Assembly (NCBI GenBank): GCA_963762255.1
Contig: CAVXKA010000002.1
Span: 1,120,001 to 1,184,000 of the forward strand
Direction of reading: 5' to 3'
Length of the DNA stretch: 64,000 nt
Source of the DNA: Candidatus Eiseniibacteriota bacterium
Lineage (GTDB): Bacteria > Eisenbacteria > RBG-16-71-46 > JABDJR01
Part shown: piece by piece, positions 18,636 through 28,483 of the stretch
Layout of the letters: every line of letters starts with the position of its first letter
Position numbering within the stretch: position 1 is the stretch's first letter
Position numbers and translations under genes: made by a program
Notes under the pieces: model-generated
Databases searched by the model: none
The model's input: only the letters and a program-made list of their open reading frames with translations
Told to the model about the DNA's origin: nothing

Positions 18636-19991
18636 ATGCGGCGGTTCTTGCATAACTTCGCGATCATGATCGTGGCGGCGCTTCTCGTGCCGCCGATGAC
18701 GTGCGGCTGGGCGGCGGCGGCAGAGGACGCGGATGCCTCGGCCGCGGAAGGCATGACCGAGGTGAAGCCTTTGGTCTGGTCGGGCACGGTGAACCTGGGG
18801 ACCTTCCTCGCCCACCGGGCCTTCTTCGGCGGAGATCCCTACTTCGGGTCGAAGCCCGAGGACACCGATTTCGGCTGGATGGAGGGCTATGCCCGGCTCC
18901 AGCTCGACGTCGCTCCGGCGCCTTGGATGTCGGCGAGCGTGGGTGCGGCCGTCTTCGGCACCGGGGCCACCGACTACTACGGGCTCCGCAACGACGGCTC
19001 GGTACTGCTTGACCGGGCGCAAGTGAGCTTCCCGAGCATCGGGGACTCCGACTTCTCGCTCGCGGTCGGCCGCCAGGACATCCTGATCGGCGACGGGTTC
19101 ATCATCGGGGACGGCTACATCGATCACGAGGGCGCGCTCTGGACCATGCCGTTCAGCTTCTTCGACGCGGTGCACGCCGACTACGAGGCGGGCTCCCTGC
19201 ACGTCACGGCCATGGGCGCGCTCCTGTCGTCGACCTTCTCCGGGGAGATCCCCGACCCCGAGGATCCCGAGAGCGTGGTCGAGGTGGAGCCGGACGGTGA
19301 GTTGGTCGGTCTGGACGCGGCCTACGCCTGGGGCGAGCGCGCCTCGGCGGGGCTCGGCGTCTTCCGGCGCAGCGATCGAGGTGACACCGACAACGACGCC
19401 GCCATCGTGGCCCTGCGCGGCAGCGCGGCGCTGACGGGGGTGACGTTCGCCGGTGAACTGGGAATCGAGGCGGGCAAGATCCAGGGGACCGACCTCCGGG
19501 GATATGCCTACCACGTGGACGCTACCCACACCTTTTGCGAGGAGAGCGAGACCTACGCCAAGGCCTCGTACCTGTTCTTCTCCGGCGACAAGGCGGACAC
19601 CGAGAAGAACGAGGGCTACTACCCGTGGTTCTACCGATGGAACGACTGGTCGCAGTACTACGTGGGGGACATCGTGGGTTCGACCATGATCCTCAACTCG
19701 GACGCGCGCATCATGGTTCTGGAAGGAGGGTACAAACCCGCCGAGGCGTGGGGACTGCGGCTGCTCCTGCACCGGATGGACCTCGACACCGGAAGCAGCA
19801 TCGGCGGGCTCCCGTCAGGAACAGGCCGGCACTTCGCGGATGAGGTGAACGTTGTGGCGGACTACACGCTGAACGACGCGTGGTCGTTCTGGGCGATGAC
19901 GGCCTTTGCGAAGCCCGGGGAGGCGGCCAAGGCCGCGTATGGCGACGACGACGCCACCGAGCTGTTCCTGAACGCGACGTTCAGCTTCTAG
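18636..19991 (+). CDS. Outer-membrane beta-barrel, alginate-export-like family
   Basis: Signal peptide, VGRQDILIGDGFII, FFSGD, C-terminal aromatic (TFSF). Confidence 0.7.
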   Translation: MRRFLHNFAIMIVAALLVPPMTCGWAAAAEDADASAAEGMTEVKPLVWSGTVNLGTFLAHRAFFGGDPYFGSKPEDTDFGWMEGYARLQLDVAPAPWMSASVGAAVFGTGATDYYGLRNDGSVLLDRAQVSFPSIGDSDFSLAVGRQDILIGDGFIIGDGYIDHEGALWTMPFSFFDAVHADYEAGSLHVTAMGALLSSTFSGEIPDPEDPESVVEVEPDGELVGLDAAYAWGERASAGLGVFRRSDRGDTDNDAAIVALRGSAALTGVTFAGELGIEAGKIQGTDLRGYAYHVDATHTFCEESETYAKASYLFFSGDKADTEKNEGYYPWFYRWNDWSQYYVGDIVGSTMILNSDARIMVLEGGYKPAEAWGLRLLLHRMDLDTGSSIGGLPSGTGRHFADEVNVVADYTLNDAWSFWAMTAFAKPGEAAKAAYGDDDATELFLNATFSF

Positions 19992-20012
19992 ACCATGCGG
20001 ACCGGTTGAGCC

Positions 20013-21000
20013 ATGCCCACCAACGTCCCGCCCCAGTACCGCAGCGCGGAAGCCCGCTACCGCGCGGCCACGACGCCCGAGGACAAGCTTGCCGCGTTGG
20101 AAGAGATGCTGCGCATCATGCCCAAGCACAAGGCCACGGACAAGCTCCAGGCCGACGTCAAGTCCCGCATCTCCAAGCTCCGCCAGCAGGAGCAGTACGT
20201 CGAAGAAGCACGGCGGCACCCATAGCCACATGGTGCCGCGCGAGGGGGCGGGACAGGTGGTCCTGGTGGGCCCTCCCAACAGCGGAAAGTCCTCGCTCCT
20301 GGCGGAGCTGACCCATGCGGAGCCCAAGATCGGCGAGTTTCCCTTCACCACGCTGGAGCCGTTGCCGGGAATGATGGCGTTCGAGGACGTCTCGATCCAG
20401 CTCATCGACCTGCCTCCCGTCTCGCGCGACCACGTCGAGCCGTGGATCTACGATCTCGTCCGGCGCGCCGATCTGCTGTGGATCGTGGTCGAGAGCGCAG
20501 CCTCCCTGGACGGAATCGAACTATGCCGCTCGCTCCTGGAGGCGAAGCGCATCGAGGCGCAGCCGCCGTTGACGGCGGCGCCTGACGGCGCCGATCCGGC
20601 GACCACGTACAAGCCGGCGCTCCTCGTCCTTACCGGATTCGACAAGCCGGAGAGCGAGGAGAACCTTGCGCTCCTGCGCGAGTTGATCGAGATCCCATGG
20701 CCGTGCCATGCGGTTTCCGTCCGCGACGGGCGCGGACTCGAGGAGCTGCGCAGAGCCACCTTTGACGCGCTCGATGTGATCCGCGTCTACACCAAGGAGC
20801 CGGGCAAACACCCGGACATGGAGAAACCGTTCACGCTGCGTCGCGGGTCCAATGTGGGGGACCTGGCCGCCACCATCCACCGCGACATCGCCCAGCAGCT
20901 CCGCTTCGCGAAACTGTGGGGCAAGGGCGTCTTTGACGGTCAGCCGGTGCAGTGCGATCATGTCCTCAGCGACGGCGATGTGGTGGAGCTTCACTTGTGA
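20013..21000 (+). pseudogene. DRG/Obg-family GTPase with TGS domain, frameshifted near 20185-20200
   Basis: MPTNVPP...PKHKATDKL in one frame; GQVVLVGPPNSGKS, FPFTT, QLIDLP and TGS (RVYTKEPG...DGDVVELH) in the +1 frame. Confidence 0.8.
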
Positions 21001-21047
21001 TTCTCTCTCACCCTGCGGCAGTATTCGCGGGATCCAAGGAGTCGAAC

Positions 21048-22403
21048 ATGAAACGGAGACGCGGCGCGTCGGCGGTGCTTCTGGCGCTGTTCGCGATAGT
21101 CGGGTGGGGATGTGGAAGCAATAGCGTCACCCCTGCGCCCATCTTGACCACGGGGGACTTCGTGGTGGTGGCGTGGAACGATCTGGGCATGCACTGCCTC
21201 AATCCCACCTACGATCAGGCGGTCATCCTCCCGCCCTACAACACGGTGTGGGCCCAGGTGATCAGGCGGGGGAACCCGCCCCAGATCCAGACGGCGAACA
21301 TCACGGTCGACTATCGGATACTCGGCAACACGTACTCCTATGGAAAGACCGATAGTCATGGCGGGGTGTTCGCGCAGTTCTGGGACAACATGCAGCACCT
21401 CTTCGGCGCGTCGCTTCCCCACGACCGGGGGCTGAACCTGGAGGATCCGAGCCTCCACAACGGTCTCTCCGGCACCATGAAGTCCGCCGGTGACCACTTC
21501 CAGGTGAACGGGATTCCGCTGGTGCCGGTGAGCGATGCCGGCGTCTGGAACCCGTACCAGGTGGCCGAGATCGCCGTGCTGAACGCAGCGGGCGACACCC
21601 TGGCCAAGACCCGGTGCACGGTGCCCACTTCGGACGAGCTCAATTGCGCCAAATGCCACGCGCAGAACGGCACCGGGACCAGTTCCATCGGGGGCGGCAC
21701 CGCCGATGTGTTCAAGAACATTCTGTCCGTCCATGATGCGCTCCAGCAGACGACCCTGGCGGCGGACGCGCCCGTTCTGTGCGCCTCGTGCCACGCGAGC
21801 CCGGCGCTGGGGACGCCGGCCCCCACCGATCCCGGCATGTACCTCTCCGCGGCCATCCACGGCTTCCACGTCGGCAGGAACGCAGACTGCTACGACTGCC
21901 ACCCCGGCGGCACGACGAGCTGCAATCGCAGCATCGCACACACCGCGACCGGTGGGAACTGCACGACCTGCCACGGAGCGTTGGATCAGGTGTCTTCCTC
22001 GATCCGCACCGCCGGCCGCGTGCCGTGGGTGCAAGAGCCCAAGTGCTCGGACGCCGGCTGCCATACGGCCACGCAGGACGTGGACACGGGATCCACGCTC
22101 TACCGCAACGCCAAGGGGCACGGCGGCGTCTACTGCGCGGGCTGCCACGGGAGCCCGCACGCCATGGTCCCGAGCAGCGAAGCCGCCGACAACTACCAGG
22201 CGATCCAATACCAGGGAAGCCACCGGGTCAGCACGCTGGGGAGCTGCCATGCCTGCCACGGCAACTCGCAAGGGGAAGGCTTCGGGGAGTTTGGCGAGGA
22301 GCACGGCCCGGGCGGAAGGTCTTCGGCGTGCAACATCTGCCACACCGAGGTACCGGACAACCACTCCGCGGCGCCGCACTCCTTCACCTGGAGGAGGCGC
22401 TGA
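21048..22403 (+). CDS. Multiheme cytochrome c lipoprotein (7 CxxCH + 1 CX4CH)
   Basis: Lipobox GWG-C; VVAWNDLGMHC N-domain; CAKCH, CASCH, CYDCH, CTTCH, CSDAGCH, CAGCH, CHACH, CNICH. Confidence 0.88.
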   Translation: MKRRRGASAVLLALFAIVGWGCGSNSVTPAPILTTGDFVVVAWNDLGMHCLNPTYDQAVILPPYNTVWAQVIRRGNPPQIQTANITVDYRILGNTYSYGKTDSHGGVFAQFWDNMQHLFGASLPHDRGLNLEDPSLHNGLSGTMKSAGDHFQVNGIPLVPVSDAGVWNPYQVAEIAVLNAAGDTLAKTRCTVPTSDELNCAKCHAQNGTGTSSIGGGTADVFKNILSVHDALQQTTLAADAPVLCASCHASPALGTPAPTDPGMYLSAAIHGFHVGRNADCYDCHPGGTTSCNRSIAHTATGGNCTTCHGALDQVSSSIRTAGRVPWVQEPKCSDAGCHTATQDVDTGSTLYRNAKGHGGVYCAGCHGSPHAMVPSSEAADNYQAIQYQGSHRVSTLGSCHACHGNSQGEGFGEFGEEHGPGGRSSACNICHTEVPDNHSAAPHSFTWRRR

Positions 22404-22450
22404 CCCCCCGCGGGGCGCGGAGGCGCTGATCGGATCGCGACACGACCCCT

Positions 22451-22492
22451 GAAAAGAGAACGCCCCGGCCGATCCTGCGATCGACCGGGGCG
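22451..22492 (-). terminator. Rho-independent terminator downstream of pntB
   Basis: CGCCCCGG...CCGGGGCG stem followed by TTCTCTTTT on the minus strand. Confidence 0.65.
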
Positions 22493-22538
22493 CGCTGATC
22501 CGCCAGGACCCCGCTCGCGCGGGGCGCCTATGCAAGGG

Positions 22539-23942
22539 CTAGTGCATTCCCCCCTCGCCCGCCAACGACTTCACGATCTCTCCCACGACCGCCTTGGCGT
22601 CGCCGAAGAGCATGTAGGTGTTGTCGGCGAAGTAGAGCTCGTTCTCGATGCCGGCAAACCCCGGGTTCATGGTTCGCTTGATCGCGAAGCAGGTCCGGGC
22701 TTTGTCGGCGTCGATGATCGGCATACCGAAGATGGGGCTCGACTTGTCGTGGCGCGCCGCGGGGTTCACGACGTCGTTGGCGCCGATCACCAGGACCACG
22801 TCCGCCTGCGGCATGTCGTGGTTGATGTCCTCCATCTCGACGAGCTTCTCGTAGGGGATCTCCGCCTCGGCGAGCAGCACGTTCATGTGGCCCGGCATGC
22901 GCCCGGCCACCGGGTGAATGGCGAAGCGCACGTCCACCCCGCGCTTGGTGAGCTGCTCGTAGAGTTCCTTGACCCGGTGCTGGGCCTGGGCGACCGCCAT
23001 GCCGTAGCCGGGGACGATCACCACGAGGCTCGCCTGCTCCATGATCTGAGCCGCCCCTTCCGGGGTCTCGCTCTTGGCCACCTTCTTTTCGCCTCCGCCC
23101 GCTGCTGCCTGCACCTGCCCGAAGGCGCCGAACAGCACGTTGGAGAACGAGCGATTCATCGCCTTGCACATGATGATCGCGAGGATCAGGCCGGAGGATC
23201 CGTCGAGGGCGCCCGCAGTGATGAGCAGCTTGTTGTCGAGCACAAAGCCCATGGCTACCGCGGAGAGACCAGCGTACGAGTTCAGGAGCGCGATCACGGT
23301 CGGCATGTCCGCCCCGCCGATCGGGATGATGAGGAGCACGCCGAAGAGTAACGACAGCCCGATGATCGCGGGGAAGAGAGGGGCGAACCTGATCGGGTCG
23401 ATGACGATCAGGACTCCGAACACCAGCGCCACCGCGAACAGTAGGAAGTTGCTCTGGTTCTGGAACTTGTAGGTGACCGGGCGCTGCGGGATCCACTTGA
23501 CCTCTTGGAGCTTGCCGGCCGCCATCAAGCTGCCGGTGAAGGTCAGGAACCCGAGGATGATCTCCACGATAATGGCGGTCGCGCGGAACGCAGTGAGACT
23601 TTCCGGGCCCTCACCGAGCTTCAGATAGAACTCCGCCGCTCCCACCAGACCGGCGGCCAACCCGCCGAAGGCGTGGGACAACGCGGTCCGCTGCGGCACC
23701 GCGGTCAGGGGCACCTTGGACAGCGGAATGCCCACCACAAAGCCGAGGGCGATGGCGAGGGCGATCCATCCCCAGTTCACGAGATGCGGGTCGAGCATCG
23801 TGCCGACGATGGCCAGGAGCATCGCAGCCACGCCGGCAAGCACGGAGCGCCGGGCGGTTTTGGGAGTGTTCATCCACTGGAGCGAGAAGATGAACAGCGC
23901 GGTCGAGATCAGATAGACGAACTGGGTGAGTTGCGCTCTCAT
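22539..23942 (-). CDS. pntB: NAD(P) transhydrogenase beta subunit
   Basis: PIGGADMP, LNSYAG, VPGYGMAVAQAQH, IHPVAGRMPGHMNVLLAEA, GANDVVNPAA. Confidence 0.97.
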   Translation of the reverse strand: MRAQLTQFVYLISTALFIFSLQWMNTPKTARRSVLAGVAAMLLAIVGTMLDPHLVNWGWIALAIALGFVVGIPLSKVPLTAVPQRTALSHAFGGLAAGLVGAAEFYLKLGEGPESLTAFRATAIIVEIILGFLTFTGSLMAAGKLQEVKWIPQRPVTYKFQNQSNFLLFAVALVFGVLIVIDPIRFAPLFPAIIGLSLLFGVLLIIPIGGADMPTVIALLNSYAGLSAVAMGFVLDNKLLITAGALDGSSGLILAIIMCKAMNRSFSNVLFGAFGQVQAAAGGGEKKVAKSETPEGAAQIMEQASLVVIVPGYGMAVAQAQHRVKELYEQLTKRGVDVRFAIHPVAGRMPGHMNVLLAEAEIPYEKLVEMEDINHDMPQADVVLVIGANDVVNPAARHDKSSPIFGMPIIDADKARTCFAIKRTMNPGFAGIENELYFADNTYMLFGDAKAVVGEIVKSLAGEGGMH

Positions 23943-24334
23943 GATTTCTTCGGCCCCTGCGTCTTGAACATCTTGAGCATGCGTTCCGTGATCAGGAAGC
24001 CGCTGACGATGTTGGTCATCGACGCGAACAGCGCCACGCCGCCCATGATCGTGATGTAGGTGGGGTGCTTGGTGCCGGTGATGAGGATGGAGCCGATCAC
24101 CGCGATGGCGGAGATCGCGTTGGTGAGCGACATCAGCGGGGTGTGCAGGAGTCTCGAGACACGGGTGATCACCCCGAGGCCGATGAACGTCGACAGCATG
24201 AAGACGAACACCATGGTCATGAAGTCAAAACTGGACGCTGCGTGGCCGGCCTCGGCTGCTTCCGCGGCCAGAGCGGGTGAGGCCCACCCCGCTAGCAGCA
24301 GACCGCTCATCACGAGTCGGTTGGGCTGTTTCAT
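23939..24334 (-). CDS. pntA: NAD(P) transhydrogenase alpha subunit, membrane part (PntA2/PntAB)
   Basis: LHTPLMSLTNAISA, NIVSGFLITERMLKMF. Confidence 0.93.
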   Translation of the reverse strand: MKQPNRLVMSGLLLAGWASPALAAEAAEAGHAASSFDFMTMVFVFMLSTFIGLGVITRVSRLLHTPLMSLTNAISAIAVIGSILITGTKHPTYITIMGGVALFASMTNIVSGFLITERMLKMFKTQGPKKS

Positions 24335-24650
24335 ATCGCCTTTTTCCTCCCCTGGGTCTAACTAGAGACGGAAGTTTGTATCATCCCCCGCCCGATCTGC
24401 CAACCCATGAATTGACTTATCCATACAGGGTTCGAGGGGGGCGCTCAGGAGCGATTTCAGAGGTTTGCGGAGGCCGAGATTCGCGTCAAGTGGAGGGGCA
24501 TCTTCGTGCAGTGGGCACCGTTTGGTGGACACGAACCTACGACTCCCTGCCGGCGCTTCATTGGCTCTGACTGGTCGTTCACCCGGTCCGTGGGGCGCGG
24601 GGTAGTTTTCGAGTAGGCACAATCGTCTCCCGTGGGAGGCGTGAGGCTGC

Positions 24651-24794
24651 ACCCCAGTCCGGGCGGGTCTATATCCCTATGAAATCAATGGGTTTCGGCG
24701 GATCAGTGTTGCGGCCGAAATCGTCCCCAGGCGGCGATTGTGCCCACTCGAAGGGTGGTTTTCGAATGGGAATGAAACATACGTTGCCCCCCCT
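24651..24794. repeat. Structured non-coding repeat, copy A
   Basis: ACCCCAGTCCGGG..TGAAATCAATGGGTTTCGG..CGAAATCGTCCCCAGGCGGCGATTGTGCCCACTCGA..TTTTCGAATGG..CGTTGCCCCCCCT; colinear with 25584-25726. Confidence 0.9.
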
Positions 24795-24965
24795 GGGCGG
24801 TGACTGTCAGGCGGTAACCGTCCCTGCACAGATTGGGTAGCACAGACGGCCGCATGGGCGGGCCACCGCGCTACATCCGGCAGCGCCCCCCTGCTCGGCT
24901 ATCGGCGCGTCGTGCTCGGCGCGTACGCAATGAGCAATTGTCGGGCTCGGGCTTCGATGAAGCTG

Positions 24966-25397
24966 CTACGCGCGTGGCGGCGCGGGAACAAGGCCATAGC
25001 GCGCCATGACCGCGAGGAGCTGCGTGCGATCCGGCGGCCCGGGAGCATTGATAACGGCCGCCACATCCCTGAAATACTGCGCGCCGATGTCGGGCGTCAG
25101 TACGATGAGTGCACGAGCGGTCTCTTCATGGGGATTGCTGAACGCGTGCACCGCGCCTCTAGGAGTGTGCATCCAGTCACCCGGACTGAGATCCCGCATC
25201 ACATCGTTGACAGAGTAGCGTAGCACTCCGCCAAGGGCATAGATGCACTCCTCGTTGTACGAGTGGCTGTGGGGCGGTGGGACGTTCGATCCTGGCGGAA
25301 TCGTGAGTTCAAAGACGCCCATCCCGCCCTGACCTGCGCCATCGATCAAGTAGCTAACTTCGAGTTGACCGATCCTAATGGGTTCCGGTTGCGTCAT
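24966..25397 (-). CDS. Cupin domain protein
   Basis: PPPHSHSYNEECIYALGG and PGDWMHTPRGAVHAFSN cupin motifs; RBS GAGGA. Confidence 0.88.
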   Translation of the reverse strand: MTQPEPIRIGQLEVSYLIDGAGQGGMGVFELTIPPGSNVPPPHSHSYNEECIYALGGVLRYSVNDVMRDLSPGDWMHTPRGAVHAFSNPHEETARALIVLTPDIGAQYFRDVAAVINAPGPPDRTQLLAVMARYGLVPAPPRA

Positions 25398-25583
25398 TGT
25401 CTTATCCTCGGTGGACTTGTGGATGATTGAAACGGCGATCAACGTCACGCGGCTGAACCCCAAGCGTGCTGTCTACCCCCCAGAGATACGGACCATTCCT
25501 CGAAACAGGGGGCCGTCCCACCCTTGCGGGTCGGCAGTCCCCCGGAGCTCTATTCGCCACAAGGGGAGCGGGGGCAAGCTTCT

Positions 25584-25726
25584 ACCCCAGTCCGGGTGCC
25601 CCTATATGTGTTTGAAATCAATGGGTTTCGGGGATCACCGTTACGGTCGAAATCGTCCCCAGGCGGCGATTGTGCCCACTCGAGGGCCGGTTTTCGAATG
25701 GACATGAACTGTGCGTTGCCCCCCCT
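25584..25726. repeat. Structured non-coding repeat, copy B
   Basis: Direct repeat of 24651-24794, roughly 80-85% identical by eye. Confidence 0.9.
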
Positions 25727-25991
25727 CGACTCGCGGGGCTGCGCCTCGCGGTCAGACCGTCGAGCTCGGTCCGCAAGGGCGGTCCGTGGTCAAGAATGAA
25801 GGGATGCGAACTTACGACTCCCTGGACGCGGACAACTGGTGGCAATCACTAGGTATAGCGCCGACTGCGCGAGGAGAACCGGTGCCGGGGGACTGCTGAG
25901 CTTGTACACTAGAATCAACCCGGATCGCCCTAGCGTAGGATGTGGCTACCGATCGGCGCGGGCCGGCCGTCGGAGATGACGGGAGCGACGG

Positions 25992-26705
25992 ATGCTGAAG
26001 AGTGGAAGAGCAATAGTGGACGGCCACCAAGCGCGGAGAAGACTGCAGGGCAGGAGTGACTCGGCATCGCTATTCGCCGGTCCGCTACGCATGCTCCGCA
26101 TAGGCGCGTTTGCCCTCGCCGGACTGCTTCTCAGCCCCTCGACTTCATCCTGTTCGCCGCCCAAGGAAGTCCTGCCTGAAATCTCTCAGGGCCAAGCCCC
26201 CATCGCGTTTGCCGGCAAGGTGATTGACGTTGTGGATGTGGCTCCTACCGAGGCCAATCCCCGCGTACGTCCGTATTCGATCGCCACGGTCGCCGCACTG
26301 TCCAGAGCGGCTGGGGACATGCCCGACACACTCCACGTGCTTCAACGAAACGTTGTCTGGTGGAGTCGCGGCCGTCTCAAGGTTGTCGTACATGACGCTG
26401 ATTGCGTCCTCTTCGTCGGCGATCAGATTGCTGTCGTGGCCACTCCTTCCCCACCCGGCGAGCGTTTCCCATGGAACGCAGTCGGCCCAGTGTGGATTCC
26501 CGACTATCTTCGGATCATCCTGGAATCCGCCGATGACGCTGACCAAGGGTTGTACGGGGTCACCATCGGCCCAACTGGCGAGACTGAGCCGGGGCCGGAA
26601 GCGGTGGGCAGGCCGGTTAGGACATTCATTCAGCGCCACTACGAACCGGTCGGTATCTCCCTCTCCGAGTTCCTCCAATCCTGCGAGGCTCAATACTCGA
26701 GGTGA
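25992..26705 (+). CDS. Hypothetical exported protein (start uncertain, possibly 26091)
   Basis: 237-aa ORF with a signal-like hydrophobic stretch; no recognisable family. Confidence 0.45.
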   Translation: MLKSGRAIVDGHQARRRLQGRSDSASLFAGPLRMLRIGAFALAGLLLSPSTSSCSPPKEVLPEISQGQAPIAFAGKVIDVVDVAPTEANPRVRPYSIATVAALSRAAGDMPDTLHVLQRNVVWWSRGRLKVVVHDADCVLFVGDQIAVVATPSPPGERFPWNAVGPVWIPDYLRIILESADDADQGLYGVTIGPTGETEPGPEAVGRPVRTFIQRHYEPVGISLSEFLQSCEAQYSR

Positions 26706-26832
26706 GGCGTTGATCTGCTGCGGGGCGTGAAACTGACCCCAGACTTGGTCCGCTGGACCCGAATCTCCTGAGGGTAGTTCCCCTTGACCCCGTCGCGTCT
26801 CGGCTGCCCAATGGGGTCTGGAGGTTCACGCA

Positions 26833-27090
26833 ATGTCGCACCTATCGCCCCCGACGCTGACCCGCTCGGAACAGCAATCCCTGCTTGAGGTCTCGGCCTC
26901 GCACCCGCGGGACCACCTGGTGTTCAGCCTTGCGCTGGGAACCGGACTGAGATTGTCGGAGATCGTCGGCCTGAACGTGGGCGACGTGTTCACGCCGGAT
27001 GGCAGGCCACGTTCCCGCATCCGCCCCCGCCGCGAGATCGCCAAGGGCGGCCACGCCGGCGACGTGTTCCTGCCCCGACGCGCTGGGGCC
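26833..27090 (+). pseudogene. N-terminal fragment of small tyrosine recombinase
   Basis: MSHLSPPTLT...LALGTGLRLSEIVGLNVGD...IAKGG..GDVFLP; paralog of 28484-29067; homology ends after DALGPK. Confidence 0.88.
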
Positions 27091-27177
27091 GAAGCGCAAG
27101 ACTACCTGGTTACGCGACCCACACGACGTGAGCGAAGCGCATCTCCCATGCGGGGCCAGGGGTAAAGGGGTAAGGGG

Positions 27178-28299
27178 TCAAGGCGTAACGGTCCTGGCTA
27201 CACGGAACCCGAGGCTGTAGTAGCTGCTCGCCGGGTAGAAGGTGCCCCGGCCCGCGCACCGGAGGTAGTACGTGCCGGTGAGGTCCCACGAGCCGCCACG
27301 AAGCACCCGGTAGGTCTCGCTCACCGGGCCAGCCGGATCCACCGTCGGGCTCCCTTGACTCCCCGCCGGATACGTGGCGTACCAGTCCCAGCACCACTCC
27401 CACACGTTCCCATGCACGTCGTACAGCCCCCATGCGTTGGCTTGCTTCCCCTTCACGTCATGCGTCTGACTCCCCGAGTTGGCGAAGTACCACGCCGCCC
27501 GCGCCAGATCGCTCTCCGCCTCCCCCGACCAGTACCGCGTCGTCGTCCCCGCACGGCACGCGTACTCCCACTCCGACTCCGTAGGCAACCGGTACCCGTT
27601 CGCAGCCCGATTCCACGTCACCGTGCTCCCGCTCACCGTGTAGGCCCGCGTCAGCCCCGGCTCCCTGTCCGTCAGCGCGTTGCAGTAGTTCACCGCATCA
27701 AACCACGTCACCTGTTCCACCGGGCGCTGCGCCCCCTGGTGGTAGCTCGGGTTCGTCCCCATCACCGCTTGGTATTCCGCCTGCGTGACCTCCGCCTCCC
27801 CCAACAAGAGCGGCTTCGTGATCCTCACCCAATGCTGTGTCTCGTGGCTGTCTCCTCCCTCGCTCGTCGGGCTCCCCATCTGGAACATCCCAAGTTCTAT
27901 GCGGACGAATCCCAGCGGAACCGGGGCCACGATCGCCACCGTCGCCGTCCCGCTCTTAGTGGGATCCGCCTGACTCGTCGCCCGCACCGTCGCCGTGGCC
28001 GGATTCGGCACCGTCGCCGGGGCCGTGTAGAGTCCGGTGGGCATGATCGTCCCCCGATCTGCTTCATCCACCGACCACGCTACTCCAGTGTCTGGCGTCC
28101 CCGTCACCGTCGCCGTGAACTGCTGTGTCTGACCGACCTGCACGCTCACCGTCGCGGGCTCCACGCTCACCACCACGGGCTTGCTGGGGTCATCGCCGCC
28201 ACAACCCAACGACACCGTCAGCAGGGCGAGTGGGATGAGAAACCACCGGTGGAGAGTCGAACCGGGCAGAAGGCCCGAAAGAACCCGTGTGAGGCGCAT
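27178..28299 (-). CDS. Lipoprotein with Ig-like domain and FGE-sulfatase (CLec-fold) domain; DGR-target-like C-terminus
   Basis: Lipobox SLG-C; FQMGS, EVTQAEY, PVEQVTW, YRLPTESEWEYACRAG, NAWGLYDVHGNVWEW, RVLRGGSW...GFRVAR. Confidence 0.92.
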   Translation of the reverse strand: MRLTRVLSGLLPGSTLHRWFLIPLALLTVSLGCGGDDPSKPVVVSVEPATVSVQVGQTQQFTATVTGTPDTGVAWSVDEADRGTIMPTGLYTAPATVPNPATATVRATSQADPTKSGTATVAIVAPVPLGFVRIELGMFQMGSPTSEGGDSHETQHWVRITKPLLLGEAEVTQAEYQAVMGTNPSYHQGAQRPVEQVTWFDAVNYCNALTDREPGLTRAYTVSGSTVTWNRAANGYRLPTESEWEYACRAGTTTRYWSGEAESDLARAAWYFANSGSQTHDVKGKQANAWGLYDVHGNVWEWCWDWYATYPAGSQGSPTVDPAGPVSETYRVLRGGSWDLTGTYYLRCAGRGTFYPASSYYSLGFRVARTVTP

Positions 28300-28483
28300 C
28301 GCACACCACCTGTGGTTGAGGATTGCGGCCCTGACCTGTGGACAGCGGTCGTGAAGGATGCAGGGAAGTCGAACGTACTCCGCGAATCCCCCAGAATCAA
28401 GCAGGCAGGTGCTTCACTGGCGCTCGGTTCCCCTTGACCCCGTCCCGTCTCGGCTCCCCAATGTGGCCAGGAGGAACCGACCT

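Noticed and set aside
24521-24550. Intact tRNA gene at the island border
   Set aside because: Only a T-arm/CCA-like fragment; no cloverleaf can be built
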